Notes: generated by a model not told the origin, from the sequence alone. Shown: positions 30,386-41,095, counted from the stretch's first letter. The stretch: DNA of 64,000 nt from Candidatus Bathyarchaeota archaeon (GCA_963733095.1 CAVTBV010000012.1:59915-123914); one strand, 5' to 3'. Numbers and translations are program-made.

Positions 30386-32386
30386 TCAAACAAAAAGCGT
30401 CAATAGTCTGAAGGCTAAACCCCCAATCAACACTGCAGCCGCAATGTTTGCCAACGATATGGTTGTTGCGGCTTTCCAACCGAATTCTTTTGCCAAAATA
30501 GCCACTGTTGAAACACAGGGTATGTAGAGCATTGCCACCAAAGCCATGATAACTAGTTGTACGGGTGAGAAGTACAGTGCCAAGTTGGTTGTTCCAAAGA
30601 TTGCGACGGCGCCGAGGAGCACGAATTCTTTGCGTACCGTGCCCAAGATGAGGAGTACCCCTGCCGCCGAAGGTAAGCCCAGCCACCAAACGGTCAATGG
30701 CGAGATTGCATTACTGAGGGGCGTCAACACGTTATATACGTACAAAGCTTGAAGCAGTGCGCTACCAACAATGTAGATGGGAAACACAATGTAGATGATT
30801 GATTTGGTTCTAGCCCATGTCTGCTTCAGCACAACTTTAAGCGAGGGAACCTTGAAGCTGCTCATTTCCATAATCAACCCAGTCGATTTGCCAGGAACCA
30901 CTTTCATAGCGATCCTACCTAAAGCAAAGATTACGGCAACATCAACCACATAGAGCAAAAGTGCCCATTGTATTCCGACAAATAACCCGACCATGCCAAA
31001 GAGCACGATGGTTCTGGCGGAACAAGGCGCAAAAGTTATAGCGAATGCTGCAAGAAGCCGCTCGCGTCGAGTCTCCATAATTTTGCAGGCTTGAATCGCT
31101 GGGACGTTACACCCGTAACCCAAAATTATCGGAATCAAAGCTTTACCGTGTAAACCCATCTTGTGCATCGCACTATCCATCACGAAGGCTACTCTGGTGA
31201 GGACTCCTGAGTTTTCAACAAAAGCCAACAGCAGGTAAAACGGGATAACGAAGGGTAAAATCAGGGTTAGCCCAGCGTTAAATCCTCCCCACACACCGTT
31301 CAAAACAATCGACAGAATCGGTTGGGATGCAGATAAAGCAGGATCAATTGGTTTGATGACGCTTAATCCACTTGAAATCAAATTAGAAAGTTCATTCCCT
31401 ATAAAGAAGGTCCAAAGCAGCAATCCAGCAATTATTCCCACCGATGTAAAGTATCCTAGCACCCTGTGGGTAGTTAACCAGTCGAGTTTTTCAGAGAAAG
31501 TGCTCTTCACTTCAGTTTGCTGGAGTGCAGAAGCGGCAATGGAACTTGCAAGAGCATATCGTTCAGAAGCGATGAGCGAGAAGCATACTTCTTGACATTT
31601 ACTGGACATTTCTTTTGATATTGTTAGGGCAGAATCGATGATTGTCCTTGACTGGGCAGATACGGCTTTGACGATTTCGGTGTCGCCTTCAAGCAGTTTT
31701 ATTGCAAGCCAACGAGGCGGATACTGCAGTGAAAGGTTGGCTTTTTCTATAACCTGTTTTAGTTTTTCGATGCTTTCTTCCACGTCTCGGCGGTATCTTA
31801 GACGTTTGACTTTCGGTTTGGATAGGGCGACGTTTACAGCTTCACCCATGAGTTCATAGATGCCTTCACCTCTCGTTGCCACAACAAAAACGACGGGCAC
31901 ACCAAGGGCTTGTTGCAACTTTTCCTTGTCAAGTACCATTCCTTTGCCTTTTGCAACATCCACTTGATTTACACATAAAACCAGAGGAGCCTGCAATTCA
32001 AGCAACTGGAGCGTAAAGAACAGGTTTCTTTCCAAAACTGAAGCGTCAACAACGTTTATGACCACGTCGGGTTTTTCAAGAGCGATGTAATCTCTTGAAA
32101 CAAGTTCCTCCATGGAAAACGTTGAAAACGAGTAGATGCCCGGTAAGTCTATAATCTTTATTTCATAGCCTTCATAGCTAAGAGTACCCTCTGCGCGATC
32201 CACGGTTTTTCCGGGCCAATTACCGATTATCTGGTTTGACCCGGTAAGCTGGTTGAAGATTACGCTTTTGCCTACGTTGGCGTTTCCTGCAAGCGCAAAA
32301 GTTAGTTGATTACAGTTTTTTCCTTTGGATATTTGCCCTTTTGACTTAGCATTAGGATGGCATGACAAATTCTGCAGCCTCCTCAA
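30386..32386 (-). CDS. feoB: Ferrous iron transporter FeoB
   Basis: G1 [27 protein letters not shown]; gate motifs [10 protein letters not shown] and APCSAR; LYIPC. Confidence 0.96.
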   Translation of the reverse strand: MRRLQNLSCHPNAKSKGQISKGKNCNQLTFALAGNANVGKSVIFNQLTGSNQIIGNWPGKTVDRAEGTLSYEGYEIKIIDLPGIYSFSTFSMEELVSRDYIALEKPDVVINVVDASVLERNLFFTLQLLELQAPLVLCVNQVDVAKGKGMVLDKEKLQQALGVPVVFVVATRGEGIYELMGEAVNVALSKPKVKRLRYRRDVEESIEKLKQVIEKANLSLQYPPRWLAIKLLEGDTEIVKAVSAQSRTIIDSALTISKEMSSKCQEVCFSLIASERYALASSIAASALQQTEVKSTFSEKLDWLTTHRVLGYFTSVGIIAGLLLWTFFIGNELSNLISSGLSVIKPIDPALSASQPILSIVLNGVWGGFNAGLTLILPFVIPFYLLLAFVENSGVLTRVAFVMDSAMHKMGLHGKALIPIILGYGCNVPAIQACKIMETRRERLLAAFAITFAPCSARTIVLFGMVGLFVGIQWALLLYVVDVAVIFALGRIAMKVVPGKSTGLIMEMSSFKVPSLKVVLKQTWARTKSIIYIVFPIYIVGSALLQALYVYNVLTPLSNAISPLTVWWLGLPSAAGVLLILGTVRKEFVLLGAVAIFGTTNLALYFSPVQLVIMALVAMLYIPCVSTVAILAKEFGWKAATTISLANIAAAVLIGGLAFRLLTLFV

Positions 32387-33102
32387 CTCTTGTGTTCAAC
32401 TTCAACGAAAACTTTGGATGCGATACCTCTGCCCAACGCTAATTTTGATCCTCGCACTGAAATCTCGATAGGTCCCTCAAACGGTGCTGATTTCAGCAGA
32501 GTTATCTTTGTACTAGGTGTTAACCCCATATCTAAAAGCCGCTGGAGCACGTTATGACCGCCTCTAATGAAGGAGATTTTGCCTGATTGCCCCCTTTTCA
32601 ACTCGCTTAATGCAACGAGGTTTTCTTTTCGTTTCCCAACTTCTTCTAAGCCTTGATTGTGAAGTTGGATGCATTCTTCACAGTTAGAGAAGGGTAAGTT
32701 ACAGGCGGGGATGGTTTTGCCATCATCAGAACAGATGTCTGGATGCTTTAGTAGGCGGCAGAGGGATTCTTCAGCTTCGTCTGAGAGGGCGTGCTCAAGC
32801 TGGCAAGCTTCCTTGTGAACTTTGTCTTTTCCGATGTGTAAAACGTCGAAGAGGAAGGTTTCGAGTAAGCGGTGTTTTCGGGTTACTCTTTGTGCTTCTT
32901 GGAGGCCTTTTTCGGTGAGGGCGCTGCCGTGGTAGGGCGAATATTTTACGTAGCCTTCTTCGGATAGTTTTTTGAGCATTTCGGTTACGCTGGCGGGTGT
33001 TACGTTTAGTTTTTGGGAAATTTCGGTGTTGCTGACTAGATCTCCGTTTCTTGCTATGCTGTAGACGGCTTTGAGGTAGTCTTGGGTTGATTTTTGCTCC
33101 AT
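32383..33102 (-). CDS. DtxR/MntR-family metalloregulator with C-terminal FeoA domain
   Basis: [38 protein letters not shown]; FeoA LLDMGLTP...[14 protein letters not shown]. Confidence 0.93.
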   Translation of the reverse strand: MEQKSTQDYLKAVYSIARNGDLVSNTEISQKLNVTPASVTEMLKKLSEEGYVKYSPYHGSALTEKGLQEAQRVTRKHRLLETFLFDVLHIGKDKVHKEACQLEHALSDEAEESLCRLLKHPDICSDDGKTIPACNLPFSNCEECIQLHNQGLEEVGKRKENLVALSELKRGQSGKISFIRGGHNVLQRLLDMGLTPSTKITLLKSAPFEGPIEISVRGSKLALGRGIASKVFVEVEHKS

Positions 33103-33118
33103 GTTAATCACCCTGTTT

Positions 33119-33174
33119 TTTAGGCACACCTAAATTTGGCTTTCAGAACTAATAAATGTTTAGGCGCACCTAAA
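33119..33174. promoter_or_regulatory. Pair of DtxR-type operators flanking the TATA box of the dtxR-feoB operon
   Basis: TTTAGG-CACA-CCTAAA (33119-33134) and TTTAGG-CGCA-CCTAAA (33159-33174), 40 bp apart. Confidence 0.8.
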
Positions 33175-33285
33175 AAATAACATCCATCAAACAACACACA
33201 TTGCCACAAACAAACCCCAACCCGCTTCCAGTAACGGCTAAATACTGCAAAGTCTAATTCCGTTGATACCTAGCGAGGGAAAACA

Positions 33286-34623
33286 ATGAAAGACCTGCCC
33301 AACTTAGTCGCAGATATAGTTGAAGCAACCAAAAAACACGAACACTACCGCGACAAAGAATGCATAAACATGATTGCCAGCGAAGGACTCAAGTCTCCAG
33401 CCGTCAACCAAATGCTCGACCTATCACACGACCTCGCATGCCGCTACGCAGAAGGCGAAAACGACGCCTTAGGCCACGTTAAGAAGCGGTATTATCAAGG
33501 GCAGAAGTTCATGTCTGAAATCGAGGATTTTGCGACTGACATTATGAAAAGCCTGTTTAACAGCACTTGGGCAGATGTCCGTTTAGTTTCAGGCACACAT
33601 GCAAACCTTGCAACTTTCAAGGGGTTATCTTTAGCCTCAAAGAACAACAAGATGGTTGTCACGCCCCTGAGCTGCGGCGCCCACATAAGCCACGATTACA
33701 CAGGTTTAGCAGGCAACGTTTTGGGTTTAGAGAACATAAACCACGTTTACAACATTGACGAATTCAACATTGACCCAGACAAATCAGCATACGTCATCCG
33801 CGCCGCAAAGCCAGGAATTGTTACGTTCGGTGGAAGCCTTTTCCTATTTCCACATCCAATCAAAGAGCTCAGAGCAGTCTGTGAAGAAGTCGGCGCATAC
33901 ATAGCCTACGACGCGTCCCACGTACTGGGCTTGATTGCGGGCGGCGAGTTCCAAGACCCCCTCCGAGAAGGCGCAGACTTCATCACATCATCTACCCACA
34001 AAACTTTCCCCGGTCCCCAAGGCGGTGTTATTATGGGAAGCCCAACTAACCCGGCAACCGAGAAGGCAGTGAAAAAGATACAATTTGCTGTTTTTCCACT
34101 CAGCGCATCAAGCACACACTTAGGCAGGTTGCCAGCACTCAGCATCGCGGCTTTGGAAATGAAGGTTTTCGGCTCACAATTAGCTAAGCAAATCGTCAAG
34201 AATGCTCAAACCGCAGGACAGTACCTCTGCGAAAACGGCGTGAAGGTCCTCGCAGAAAACAAAGGCTTCACAAAGAGCCACCAAATCGCTGTAGACATCC
34301 GCAACTTCGGAGGCGGCAACAAGATGGCACAGGACCTCGAAGACGCTAACATCATCCTAAACAAGAACCTCTTACCCTACGATGACCAAAGCAGCAAAGC
34401 AGACCCCTCAGGTTTGAGGATAGGCTTTCAAGACATAACAAGACGCGGCTTTGGCGAAGGCGACATCAAACACCTCTGCGACCTAATGCTTGACGTAATC
34501 AAGGGAAAACGTACACCCACCCAAGTTAAGATTGATGTTTTGGCGCTAAAGAAAGATTTTTGCAGCGTAAAGTACGGTTTCCAAAGCGTGCAAGAAGCCT
34601 TAGCTTACATTAAAAAGGCTTAA
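33286..34623 (+). CDS. glyA: Serine hydroxymethyltransferase
   Basis: INMIASE, RYAEG, RYYQG, SGTHAN, YDASHVLGLIAG, SSTHKTFPGPQGG (PLP Lys), SGLRIG. Confidence 0.96.
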   Translation: MKDLPNLVADIVEATKKHEHYRDKECINMIASEGLKSPAVNQMLDLSHDLACRYAEGENDALGHVKKRYYQGQKFMSEIEDFATDIMKSLFNSTWADVRLVSGTHANLATFKGLSLASKNNKMVVTPLSCGAHISHDYTGLAGNVLGLENINHVYNIDEFNIDPDKSAYVIRAAKPGIVTFGGSLFLFPHPIKELRAVCEEVGAYIAYDASHVLGLIAGGEFQDPLREGADFITSSTHKTFPGPQGGVIMGSPTNPATEKAVKKIQFAVFPLSASSTHLGRLPALSIAALEMKVFGSQLAKQIVKNAQTAGQYLCENGVKVLAENKGFTKSHQIAVDIRNFGGGNKMAQDLEDANIILNKNLLPYDDQSSKADPSGLRIGFQDITRRGFGEGDIKHLCDLMLDVIKGKRTPTQVKIDVLALKKDFCSVKYGFQSVQEALAYIKKA

Positions 34624-34696
34624 ACCACCCCTCTTTCGTTTTTCTTGGTGCTAAAGATTAATAAAGTCACATTTCGCTTTTAGCATAGGAAAACCC

Positions 34697-34984
34697 ATGA
34701 CCTTCGATTTCCTTTCAATTCTCTTCTTAATCGTTGCCATAGGGTTTGTTGTGCTTTTTGTGTTACTTCCAAGGTTCGGTCCGCATTACACTTCGAGGCT
34801 GACTTGCCCGAATTGCAGAAAAAGCTTCAATTTCCACTGGGTACCAGGCGCCACCATAACCTCACTCGTCTACAGGGGTAGACGACCGCTAAAATGTCCC
34901 TATTGCCATGTTAAATCAACCTACGACATCATGTCTACAAGAGTCACCAAACCAAAGACCCAAAAAGTCAAGCAAAAGGCATAA
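34697..34984 (+). CDS. Membrane-anchored zinc-ribbon protein
   Basis: N-terminal TM helix, CPNC and CPYC motifs. Confidence 0.65.
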   Translation: MTFDFLSILFLIVAIGFVVLFVLLPRFGPHYTSRLTCPNCRKSFNFHWVPGATITSLVYRGRRPLKCPYCHVKSTYDIMSTRVTKPKTQKVKQKA

Positions 34985-35066
34985 CTGACACAGCGTTCTA
35001 TCAGAGAACTTTATTATCCACAACAGCAATCAACTTTTTAACTAACATTTACGGGAGACACTTAGA

Positions 35067-36251
35067 ATGAAGGTACTGTTGAACGATGGCTTAGAGAAAG
35101 AAGGCTTAATGCTCTTTCATGAAGCAGGTATAGAAACAGACTTAAAAAAACGTGATTTAGCCGCTCTAATCGCTGATATTGGACAGTTTGACGCTTTAGT
35201 CGTTCGCAGCGCCACCAAGGTCACGCGCGAGGTTTTGGAAGCAGGCGCCAAGGGCAAACTCAAAATCGTCGGCAGAGCAGGCGTCGGATACGACAACATC
35301 GACACGGCTGCAGCTTCTGAATTCGGTATTGTAGTAAAGATAGCGCCGTATGGAAGCACGAACGCCGTTGCAGAATTAACCTTCGACCTAATGCTGAGTA
35401 TTTCAAGAAAGACACCCCAAGCCCACCACTCGCTTAAGAGTGGGGTTTGGAAAAAAGATACGCTCAAAGGCAACGAACTCGCCTACAAGACGCTGGGTCT
35501 TTTGGGTTGCGGCAGAATAGGACAAAAAGTTGCCCAAATCGCCAGACGTGGCTTTGACATGGAAGTCATAGGCTACGACATTAAACCATGCTTTGAATCA
35601 GGCATAAGATTCATGACTAAAGAGGAAGTGCTCGCCAAAGCCGACTACATCAGCATCCACACGGGCGGCAAAGAAGTCATAATCGGTGAAAAAGAATTCG
35701 CACTCATGAAACCCACGACCTACGTAATCAACACCTCCCGAGGCAGCAACATTGACCAGCGAGCACTCTACAAGGCACTCAAAGAAGGCAAAATCGCTGG
35801 CGCAGCAACCGATGTCTACAAGGAAGAGCCCAAAGGGGAAGGTACCGAATTCAAAGACCAACTAAAAGAACTCGACAACATCGTGCTAAGCAGCCACCTT
35901 GGCGCATCAACAGCGGAAGCCCAAAGAGAAACCTCAACAGAGATTGCCCGCGTAGTCTCAGGCTACCTTTTAGGTGGAGACTTTACCAACGCCGTGAACG
36001 CTGGAGAAAACATCGAAGTGGAAGAAAAACCAGTATACACACTCTTCATTCACCATAGAGACGTTCCAGGCGTGTTTGCCAACATCGACAAAGTTCTCGC
36101 CGAAAACGACGTCAACATCCGAGCAAACTATTCACGGCAAATCGGCAAAAGCGGCTACGCCATCTCAGTGTATGTTCTGCACAAAAAAGTTGCCAATAAA
36201 ACGCTTGAGGTTCTAAAGAAAATCGACAATGTCTGCGACGTCAAAACCTAA
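35067..36251 (+). CDS. serA: D-3-phosphoglycerate dehydrogenase with ACT domain
   Basis: LVVRSATKV, GRAGVGYDNID, GCGRIG, INTSRG, DVY..EP, SSHLGAST; ACT HRDVPGV. Confidence 0.92.
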   Translation: MKVLLNDGLEKEGLMLFHEAGIETDLKKRDLAALIADIGQFDALVVRSATKVTREVLEAGAKGKLKIVGRAGVGYDNIDTAAASEFGIVVKIAPYGSTNAVAELTFDLMLSISRKTPQAHHSLKSGVWKKDTLKGNELAYKTLGLLGCGRIGQKVAQIARRGFDMEVIGYDIKPCFESGIRFMTKEEVLAKADYISIHTGGKEVIIGEKEFALMKPTTYVINTSRGSNIDQRALYKALKEGKIAGAATDVYKEEPKGEGTEFKDQLKELDNIVLSSHLGASTAEAQRETSTEIARVVSGYLLGGDFTNAVNAGENIEVEEKPVYTLFIHHRDVPGVFANIDKVLAENDVNIRANYSRQIGKSGYAISVYVLHKKVANKTLEVLKKIDNVCDVKT

Positions 36252-36336
36252 AAAGACAGAATCTACAAAACACACAACTTCGAATTTCAATCAAGTTAAA
36301 GTGTATATAAGAGAGCATTCGCGTTAAATTCATCAA

Positions 36337-37017
36337 ATGAAACTCGCAGTACTGTTTTCAGGCGGCAAGGACTCAACTCTTGCACTGCACTTGGCGGCAG
36401 AAAAGGAAGAGGTAGCTTGCCTGGTCACTGTGGTTTCAAAGAACAAGGAAAGCTACATGTTCCATACCCCAAACATCGATGTGACGGCGCTTCAGGGAGA
36501 GGCGTTGGGGTTCCCGTTGGTTTCGGTGGTTACGGAAGGGCGGAAGGAAGAGGAGCTTGCCGACTTGGAAAAAGCAATCGTTGAGGCGAAAGAGAAATTT
36601 CAAGTTGATGGCGTGGTTACAGGTGCGGTAGAATCTGTTTACCAAGCTTCAAGGGTTCAGCGCATCTGCAACTGCCTAAATATCTGGTGCTTTAACCCTC
36701 TGTGGAAGCATGACCAGAAAGCACTTTTGGAAACGCTCATCGCGAAGAATTTCAAGGTGGTTATTTCGGGGATTTTTGCTTATCCGCTCGACGAGAAATG
36801 GCTTGGAAAACAAATAGATGGGGCAATCATAAACAAGCTCATTGAGCTTCAAGGTAAATATGGGATTAGCCCCTCGGGGGAGGGGGGAGAGATTGAGACG
36901 ACCGTTCTTGATGCTCCAATGTTTAAACAGAAAATAGAAATCCTCGATTATGGGGTTGAAGCAAGGGGGAACTGTGGAGTTTTCCAGATTAAGAATGCTC
37001 GGTTGGTGCCCAAATGA
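36337..37017 (+). CDS. dph6: Diphthine--ammonia ligase (PP-loop ATPase)
   Basis: LFSGGKDS, SYMFHTPN, GAVESVYQ..RV, SPSGEGGEIETTVLDAP. Confidence 0.88.
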   Translation: MKLAVLFSGGKDSTLALHLAAEKEEVACLVTVVSKNKESYMFHTPNIDVTALQGEALGFPLVSVVTEGRKEEELADLEKAIVEAKEKFQVDGVVTGAVESVYQASRVQRICNCLNIWCFNPLWKHDQKALLETLIAKNFKVVISGIFAYPLDEKWLGKQIDGAIINKLIELQGKYGISPSGEGGEIETTVLDAPMFKQKIEILDYGVEARGNCGVFQIKNARLVPK

Positions 37018-37562
37018 TTCTGGTAGTGGACATGAACTGGAAGCGGAATTCTTTGGCGTTTAGCGAGTTTGTTTCCCCAATCATTTCTGTTGTGCAGCGG
37101 CTTGAGGAATGCGAGGTGAAGCATTTTTTAGATATTGAGCCAGGGGAACTTGGGGATTATAGCAAGATTGTACTCTCGGGAACAACTCTCAAAGACCATG
37201 AAACCCTAAAGCAACTCGGTAGGTTCAGTTGGATAAAAACGTGTGAGAACCCCATTTTGGGAATTTGCGCAGGCATGCAAACTATAGCTTTAGTTTTTAA
37301 AGAATACCTAACGCCGTGTCTGCAAATCGGAATGACAGAAAACAAAACTCTTAAAACCAACCCGCTTTTCCAAGGCGACTTTAAGGCTTATGCCCTTCAC
37401 AACTACTCAGTTGGAAATTGCCAAAACTTTGAAACACTTGCAGAATCCACAAAATGCATCCAAGCCATAAAACACAAACAAAAAAACATCTACGGTGTCC
37501 TATTCCACCCAGAAGTGCGAAACCAAGATATCCTAAAACGTTTCATGCAACTAAACCAGTAA
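37014..37562 (+). CDS. Class I glutamine amidotransferase (glutaminase) domain protein
   Basis: VLSG, PILGICAGMQ (nucleophile Cys), LFHPEV (His-Glu); ATGA overlap with dph6. Confidence 0.85.
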   Translation: MILVVDMNWKRNSLAFSEFVSPIISVVQRLEECEVKHFLDIEPGELGDYSKIVLSGTTLKDHETLKQLGRFSWIKTCENPILGICAGMQTIALVFKEYLTPCLQIGMTENKTLKTNPLFQGDFKAYALHNYSVGNCQNFETLAESTKCIQAIKHKQKNIYGVLFHPEVRNQDILKRFMQLNQ

Positions 37563-37616
37563 CCTGGATTGCTGTGGTCCCAATCCTCTTAAGCATCGAA
37601 GCACTATTCTTTTCAA

Positions 37617-37805
37617 ATGCAACCCCCAAGGATCCAGATCAAGCCAGGCATCCGCGTTAAAATCGTTTTGAAGCAGGACCAACAGAGCGGCAGATTAACT
37701 GAGGGCACCGTCAAAGAAATCTTGACCAGCAGTCCAACTCACCCTCACGGAATCAAAGTGCGACTTACAGATGGAAAAGTCGGCAGAGTACAATCAATTG
37801 GCTGA
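37617..37805 (+). CDS. YwbE family (DUF2196) protein
   Basis: IKPG..V.IVLKQDQ.SG.LTEG.VKEILT.SPTHPHGIKVRL.DG.VGRV. Confidence 0.9.
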   Translation: MQPPRIQIKPGIRVKIVLKQDQQSGRLTEGTVKEILTSSPTHPHGIKVRLTDGKVGRVQSIG

Positions 37806-37876
37806 GCCTAAAAAAGAAGAGTTAAATAGAATTTTCATTTCAGCAAAAAATGCCAAAAAACAAAAATGTAAGATGT

Positions 37877-38167
37877 TTAGGGCGTTGTCTCTGGGACATA
37901 GGCGTTAGTTTGCATTTCGGTTTCCTGTTCAGCTGCTGATCTTGCAGGTTTTGAGGTAAGGGCTGCGACTGTGAATGAAAGAACGGCGGATACTATAAAC
38001 GGAAGCATTGCAGTTACGACAGTCAACGCTATGAAGATTTCAGGAGCAGCTGAGGAATACAGTGTTGTATCCAATTTGTAATTTATTATTCCTGCTACCG
38101 CAGAAAATACTGAGAATATGATGCCAAACGCGATGGCGATTTTATTTACAATTTTCCAGTTATCTAT
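37877..38167 (-). CDS. Small 2-TM membrane protein, apparent ATA start
   Basis: The frame extends 31 codons upstream of the ORF-track start through a TM helix to ATA, preceded by SD GGTGA. Confidence 0.5.
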   Translation of the reverse strand: MDNWKIVNKIAIAFGIIFSVFSAVAGIINYKLDTTLYSSAAPEIFIALTVVTAMLPFIVSAVLSFTVAALTSKPARSAAEQETEMQTNAYVPETTP

Positions 38168-38327
38168 TTGTCCTCACCAGTAATCCTTTGCTTGTACTGC
38201 GGAGCTTTTAAGCTATTGCTATTTCAAGCTGAAACCGCCCCCTTCATCAAAGCATGTTGGCGATTGGTAGAAGGGGTTAAAAGTTAATAGGGAGTGTTTC
38301 AATTTAGACTAATGGGAGATTTTTGTT

Positions 38328-40742
38328 TTGGCCAATCAACTATCCGTAGAGAAACTACGTAATGTTTGTGATGCTAATTTTATGCATTGTGAATCAACCA
38401 AGGACCTGATTCCGCTCAGTGAAATCATCGGTCAAGAAAGAGCTGTCCGAGCATTAAAATTTGGATTAGGAATAAAAAACCATGGCTTCAACGTATACGT
38501 GGCAGGGTACCCTGGAACAGGAAGAAAAACCGCAGTCAAAAACTTCGTGGAAGCCCAAGCTAAAACGCGACCTGTTCCGCCCGACTGGTGCTACGTGAAC
38601 AATTTTGGGAATCCGTATGAGCCAAAAGCCATAATGTTGCCAGCTGGAAAGGGCAAAGAATTCCGAGAAGGCCTAAAAAACTTCATTGAAAACGTAAAGA
38701 CTACGCTTCCGAAGGCTTTTGAAAGTGAAGACTACGTCGCTCGAAGAGAAGCTACAATTAAAGGGTTAGAAAGCCAGCGGAAAAAACTAATCGATGAGTT
38801 AAGCAGCAAGGCGCAGCGTGAAGGTTTCGTAATTCAAACGACCCCAATCGGCATACTACTTATTCCAGTGGTAAATGGCAAACCGTTAAGTGAAGAAGAA
38901 ATTCTTGCGCTCCCCACAAAAACAAGGGATCAACTAAACGAGAAAAGGGAACAGTTGGAAACTGAATTCAGAAACACCATGCGGCAACTTATCGATATGG
39001 AGCGTAAAATCCATGAGGCGCTCAGGAAACTAAACAAGGAAGTTGCCCTCTACGCGCTGGGAAACCAAGTGGAGAGCCTGAAAGAGAAATATCAAGCTAC
39101 CCCAGAAGTTACAACTTACCTAAAAGAAGTAGAAAGTGACGTTCTGGATAATCTGCAGCAATTTATAAGAAGAGGCGAACCTGAACAGCAACTTCCGTTT
39201 CCGATGCCTTGGATGAAAGAAGAACCCTACAAAAAATATGAAGTAAACCTAGTTATTGACAACTCTAACACGACAGGTGCGCCAGTGGTCATGGAGACTA
39301 ACCCTACATACCACAATTTGCTTGGCAGAACCGAGAAAGAAGCCCAGTTCGGCGCTCTCATCACCGATTTTAGAATGATACGCGGAGGAGCAATTCATCG
39401 GGCTAATGGCGGATACTTAATTGTTCCAGTTGAAGATTTGCTTAGAAACCCATTATCCTACGATGGCTTGAAGCGAGATGTCAGGGATGGAAAAATGTTC
39501 ATAGAAGAACCAGAAGAACGCTACGGCTTCCTCAGCGTAAAAACCCTAAAACCCCAGCCCATTCCATTAACCGCCAAAATAATCCTCATAGGCACACCCT
39601 ACCTATACCAACTCATGTTCTCATTAGACCCTGATTTTCAAGAACTCTTTAAGATAAAGGCCGAATTCGACACGACTATGCCAAGAACAGACGAAAAAAT
39701 ACGACAATACGCCGCATTCGTATGTAGCCTTTGCGATAAAGAAGGACTCAAACACCTTGATGGTAGCGGCTTAGCAAAACTAATCGAGTACAGCTCAAGA
39801 ATAATCGAAGACCAGTACAAGCTATCGACACAATTTTCCAATATTGCGGACATAATTCGCGAATCAAACTACTATGCCTCAGAAGAAAACTCGGAATTTA
39901 TAACAGGATACCAAGTCAAAAAGGCCATCGAAGAAAAGATTTACCGCTCAAAACTCATCCAAGAAAAAATCCAAGAAATGATTACCCGTGGCTTCTTCCT
40001 CATCGACACCGTTGAAAATAAGGTTGGTCAGGTTAACGGTTTATCTGTTATGGGATTAGGAGATTTCGCTTTCGGCATGCCCTCACGCGTGACAGCTAGC
40101 ATCGGTTTAGGCCGTGAAGGCGTCATGGATATTGAACGTGAAGCAAAAATGGGCGGACCCATACACACTAAAGGCGTTTTGATTCTCAGCGGTTACCTAA
40201 ACGACAAGTATGCAAGGGATAAGCCACTTAGCCTTTCAGCAAGACTGGTCTTTGAGCAAAGCTATGAAGGCGTTGAAGGCGACAGCGCATCAAGCACCGA
40301 GCTCTACAGCATACTCTCCGCACTCAGTGGATTGCCAATCAAACAGAACCTAGCCGTCACCGGCTCCGTTAACCAGAAGGGAGAAGTCCAAGCTATCGGT
40401 GGCGTCAACGAAAAAATCGAAGGTTTCTATGAAGTCTGCAAAGCCAAAGGATTGACTGGCGCACAGGGAGTTATGATTCCGGACAGCAACGTTCAAAACC
40501 TGATGCTAAAAGAAGAAGTCGTGGACGCGGTTAAAGCAGGCAAATTCAACGTGTACTCGGTTAAAACAATCGACGAAGGCATCGAAGTTCTCACAGGAAC
40601 TAAAGCAGGGGGACGGCGATCAGATGGAACCTATGAGGAAGGCACCGTAAACTATTTGGTGGACAAGCAACTGCGCGAGATGGCGGAGAAACTAAAAGAA
40701 TACCCAGCCGTACAAGCACACCAGAAAAAGCTCGAAGAGTAG
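38328..40742 (+). CDS. Lon-like protease, soluble LonC/AAA_32 type
   Basis: IIGQERA, GQVNGLSV, GPIHTKG, EGDSASS (Ser), GGVNEKIEGF (Lys); no membrane anchor. Confidence 0.92.
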   Translation: MANQLSVEKLRNVCDANFMHCESTKDLIPLSEIIGQERAVRALKFGLGIKNHGFNVYVAGYPGTGRKTAVKNFVEAQAKTRPVPPDWCYVNNFGNPYEPKAIMLPAGKGKEFREGLKNFIENVKTTLPKAFESEDYVARREATIKGLESQRKKLIDELSSKAQREGFVIQTTPIGILLIPVVNGKPLSEEEILALPTKTRDQLNEKREQLETEFRNTMRQLIDMERKIHEALRKLNKEVALYALGNQVESLKEKYQATPEVTTYLKEVESDVLDNLQQFIRRGEPEQQLPFPMPWMKEEPYKKYEVNLVIDNSNTTGAPVVMETNPTYHNLLGRTEKEAQFGALITDFRMIRGGAIHRANGGYLIVPVEDLLRNPLSYDGLKRDVRDGKMFIEEPEERYGFLSVKTLKPQPIPLTAKIILIGTPYLYQLMFSLDPDFQELFKIKAEFDTTMPRTDEKIRQYAAFVCSLCDKEGLKHLDGSGLAKLIEYSSRIIEDQYKLSTQFSNIADIIRESNYYASEENSEFITGYQVKKAIEEKIYRSKLIQEKIQEMITRGFFLIDTVENKVGQVNGLSVMGLGDFAFGMPSRVTASIGLGREGVMDIEREAKMGGPIHTKGVLILSGYLNDKYARDKPLSLSARLVFEQSYEGVEGDSASSTELYSILSALSGLPIKQNLAVTGSVNQKGEVQAIGGVNEKIEGFYEVCKAKGLTGAQGVMIPDSNVQNLMLKEEVVDAVKAGKFNVYSVKTIDEGIEVLTGTKAGGRRSDGTYEEGTVNYLVDKQLREMAEKLKEYPAVQAHQKKLEE

Positions 40743-40849
40743 CCCGAGAGATTAATTCGAAATTTTTTCTTCTCTTTTTTAGTTATTGAGTTTGGATCTG
40801 TATTTTGGCTAATCAAAGCTTATCTTAACGTTCACTAGAATGACATTAG

Positions 40850-41095
40850 GTGCTTATGTTGGTGCAGCCAAGAGTTAAGCGCAAACGGAGCCGTGCATTG
40901 AAAATTTTGCTTCTTCCAGCGTTCATCTTCATTGGCGCTATAGGCTGGTGTCTTTATACATTAGGGGACCGAAAGACAGCCAATCGAAAACCAACATACA
41001 GAAAACCAGTAGAAAAAGACAACGTAACCCTGTTGCCCATCATTCTTGAAGAACAACAGGAAATAACAGTGCAAAATAAATCAAGCAACAACTAA
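40850..41095 (+). CDS. Small hypothetical protein with a single TM helix
   Basis: Basic N-terminus and one hydrophobic helix. Confidence 0.5.
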   Translation: MLMLVQPRVKRKRSRALKILLLPAFIFIGAIGWCLYTLGDRKTANRKPTYRKPVEKDNVTLLPIILEEQQEITVQNKSSNN

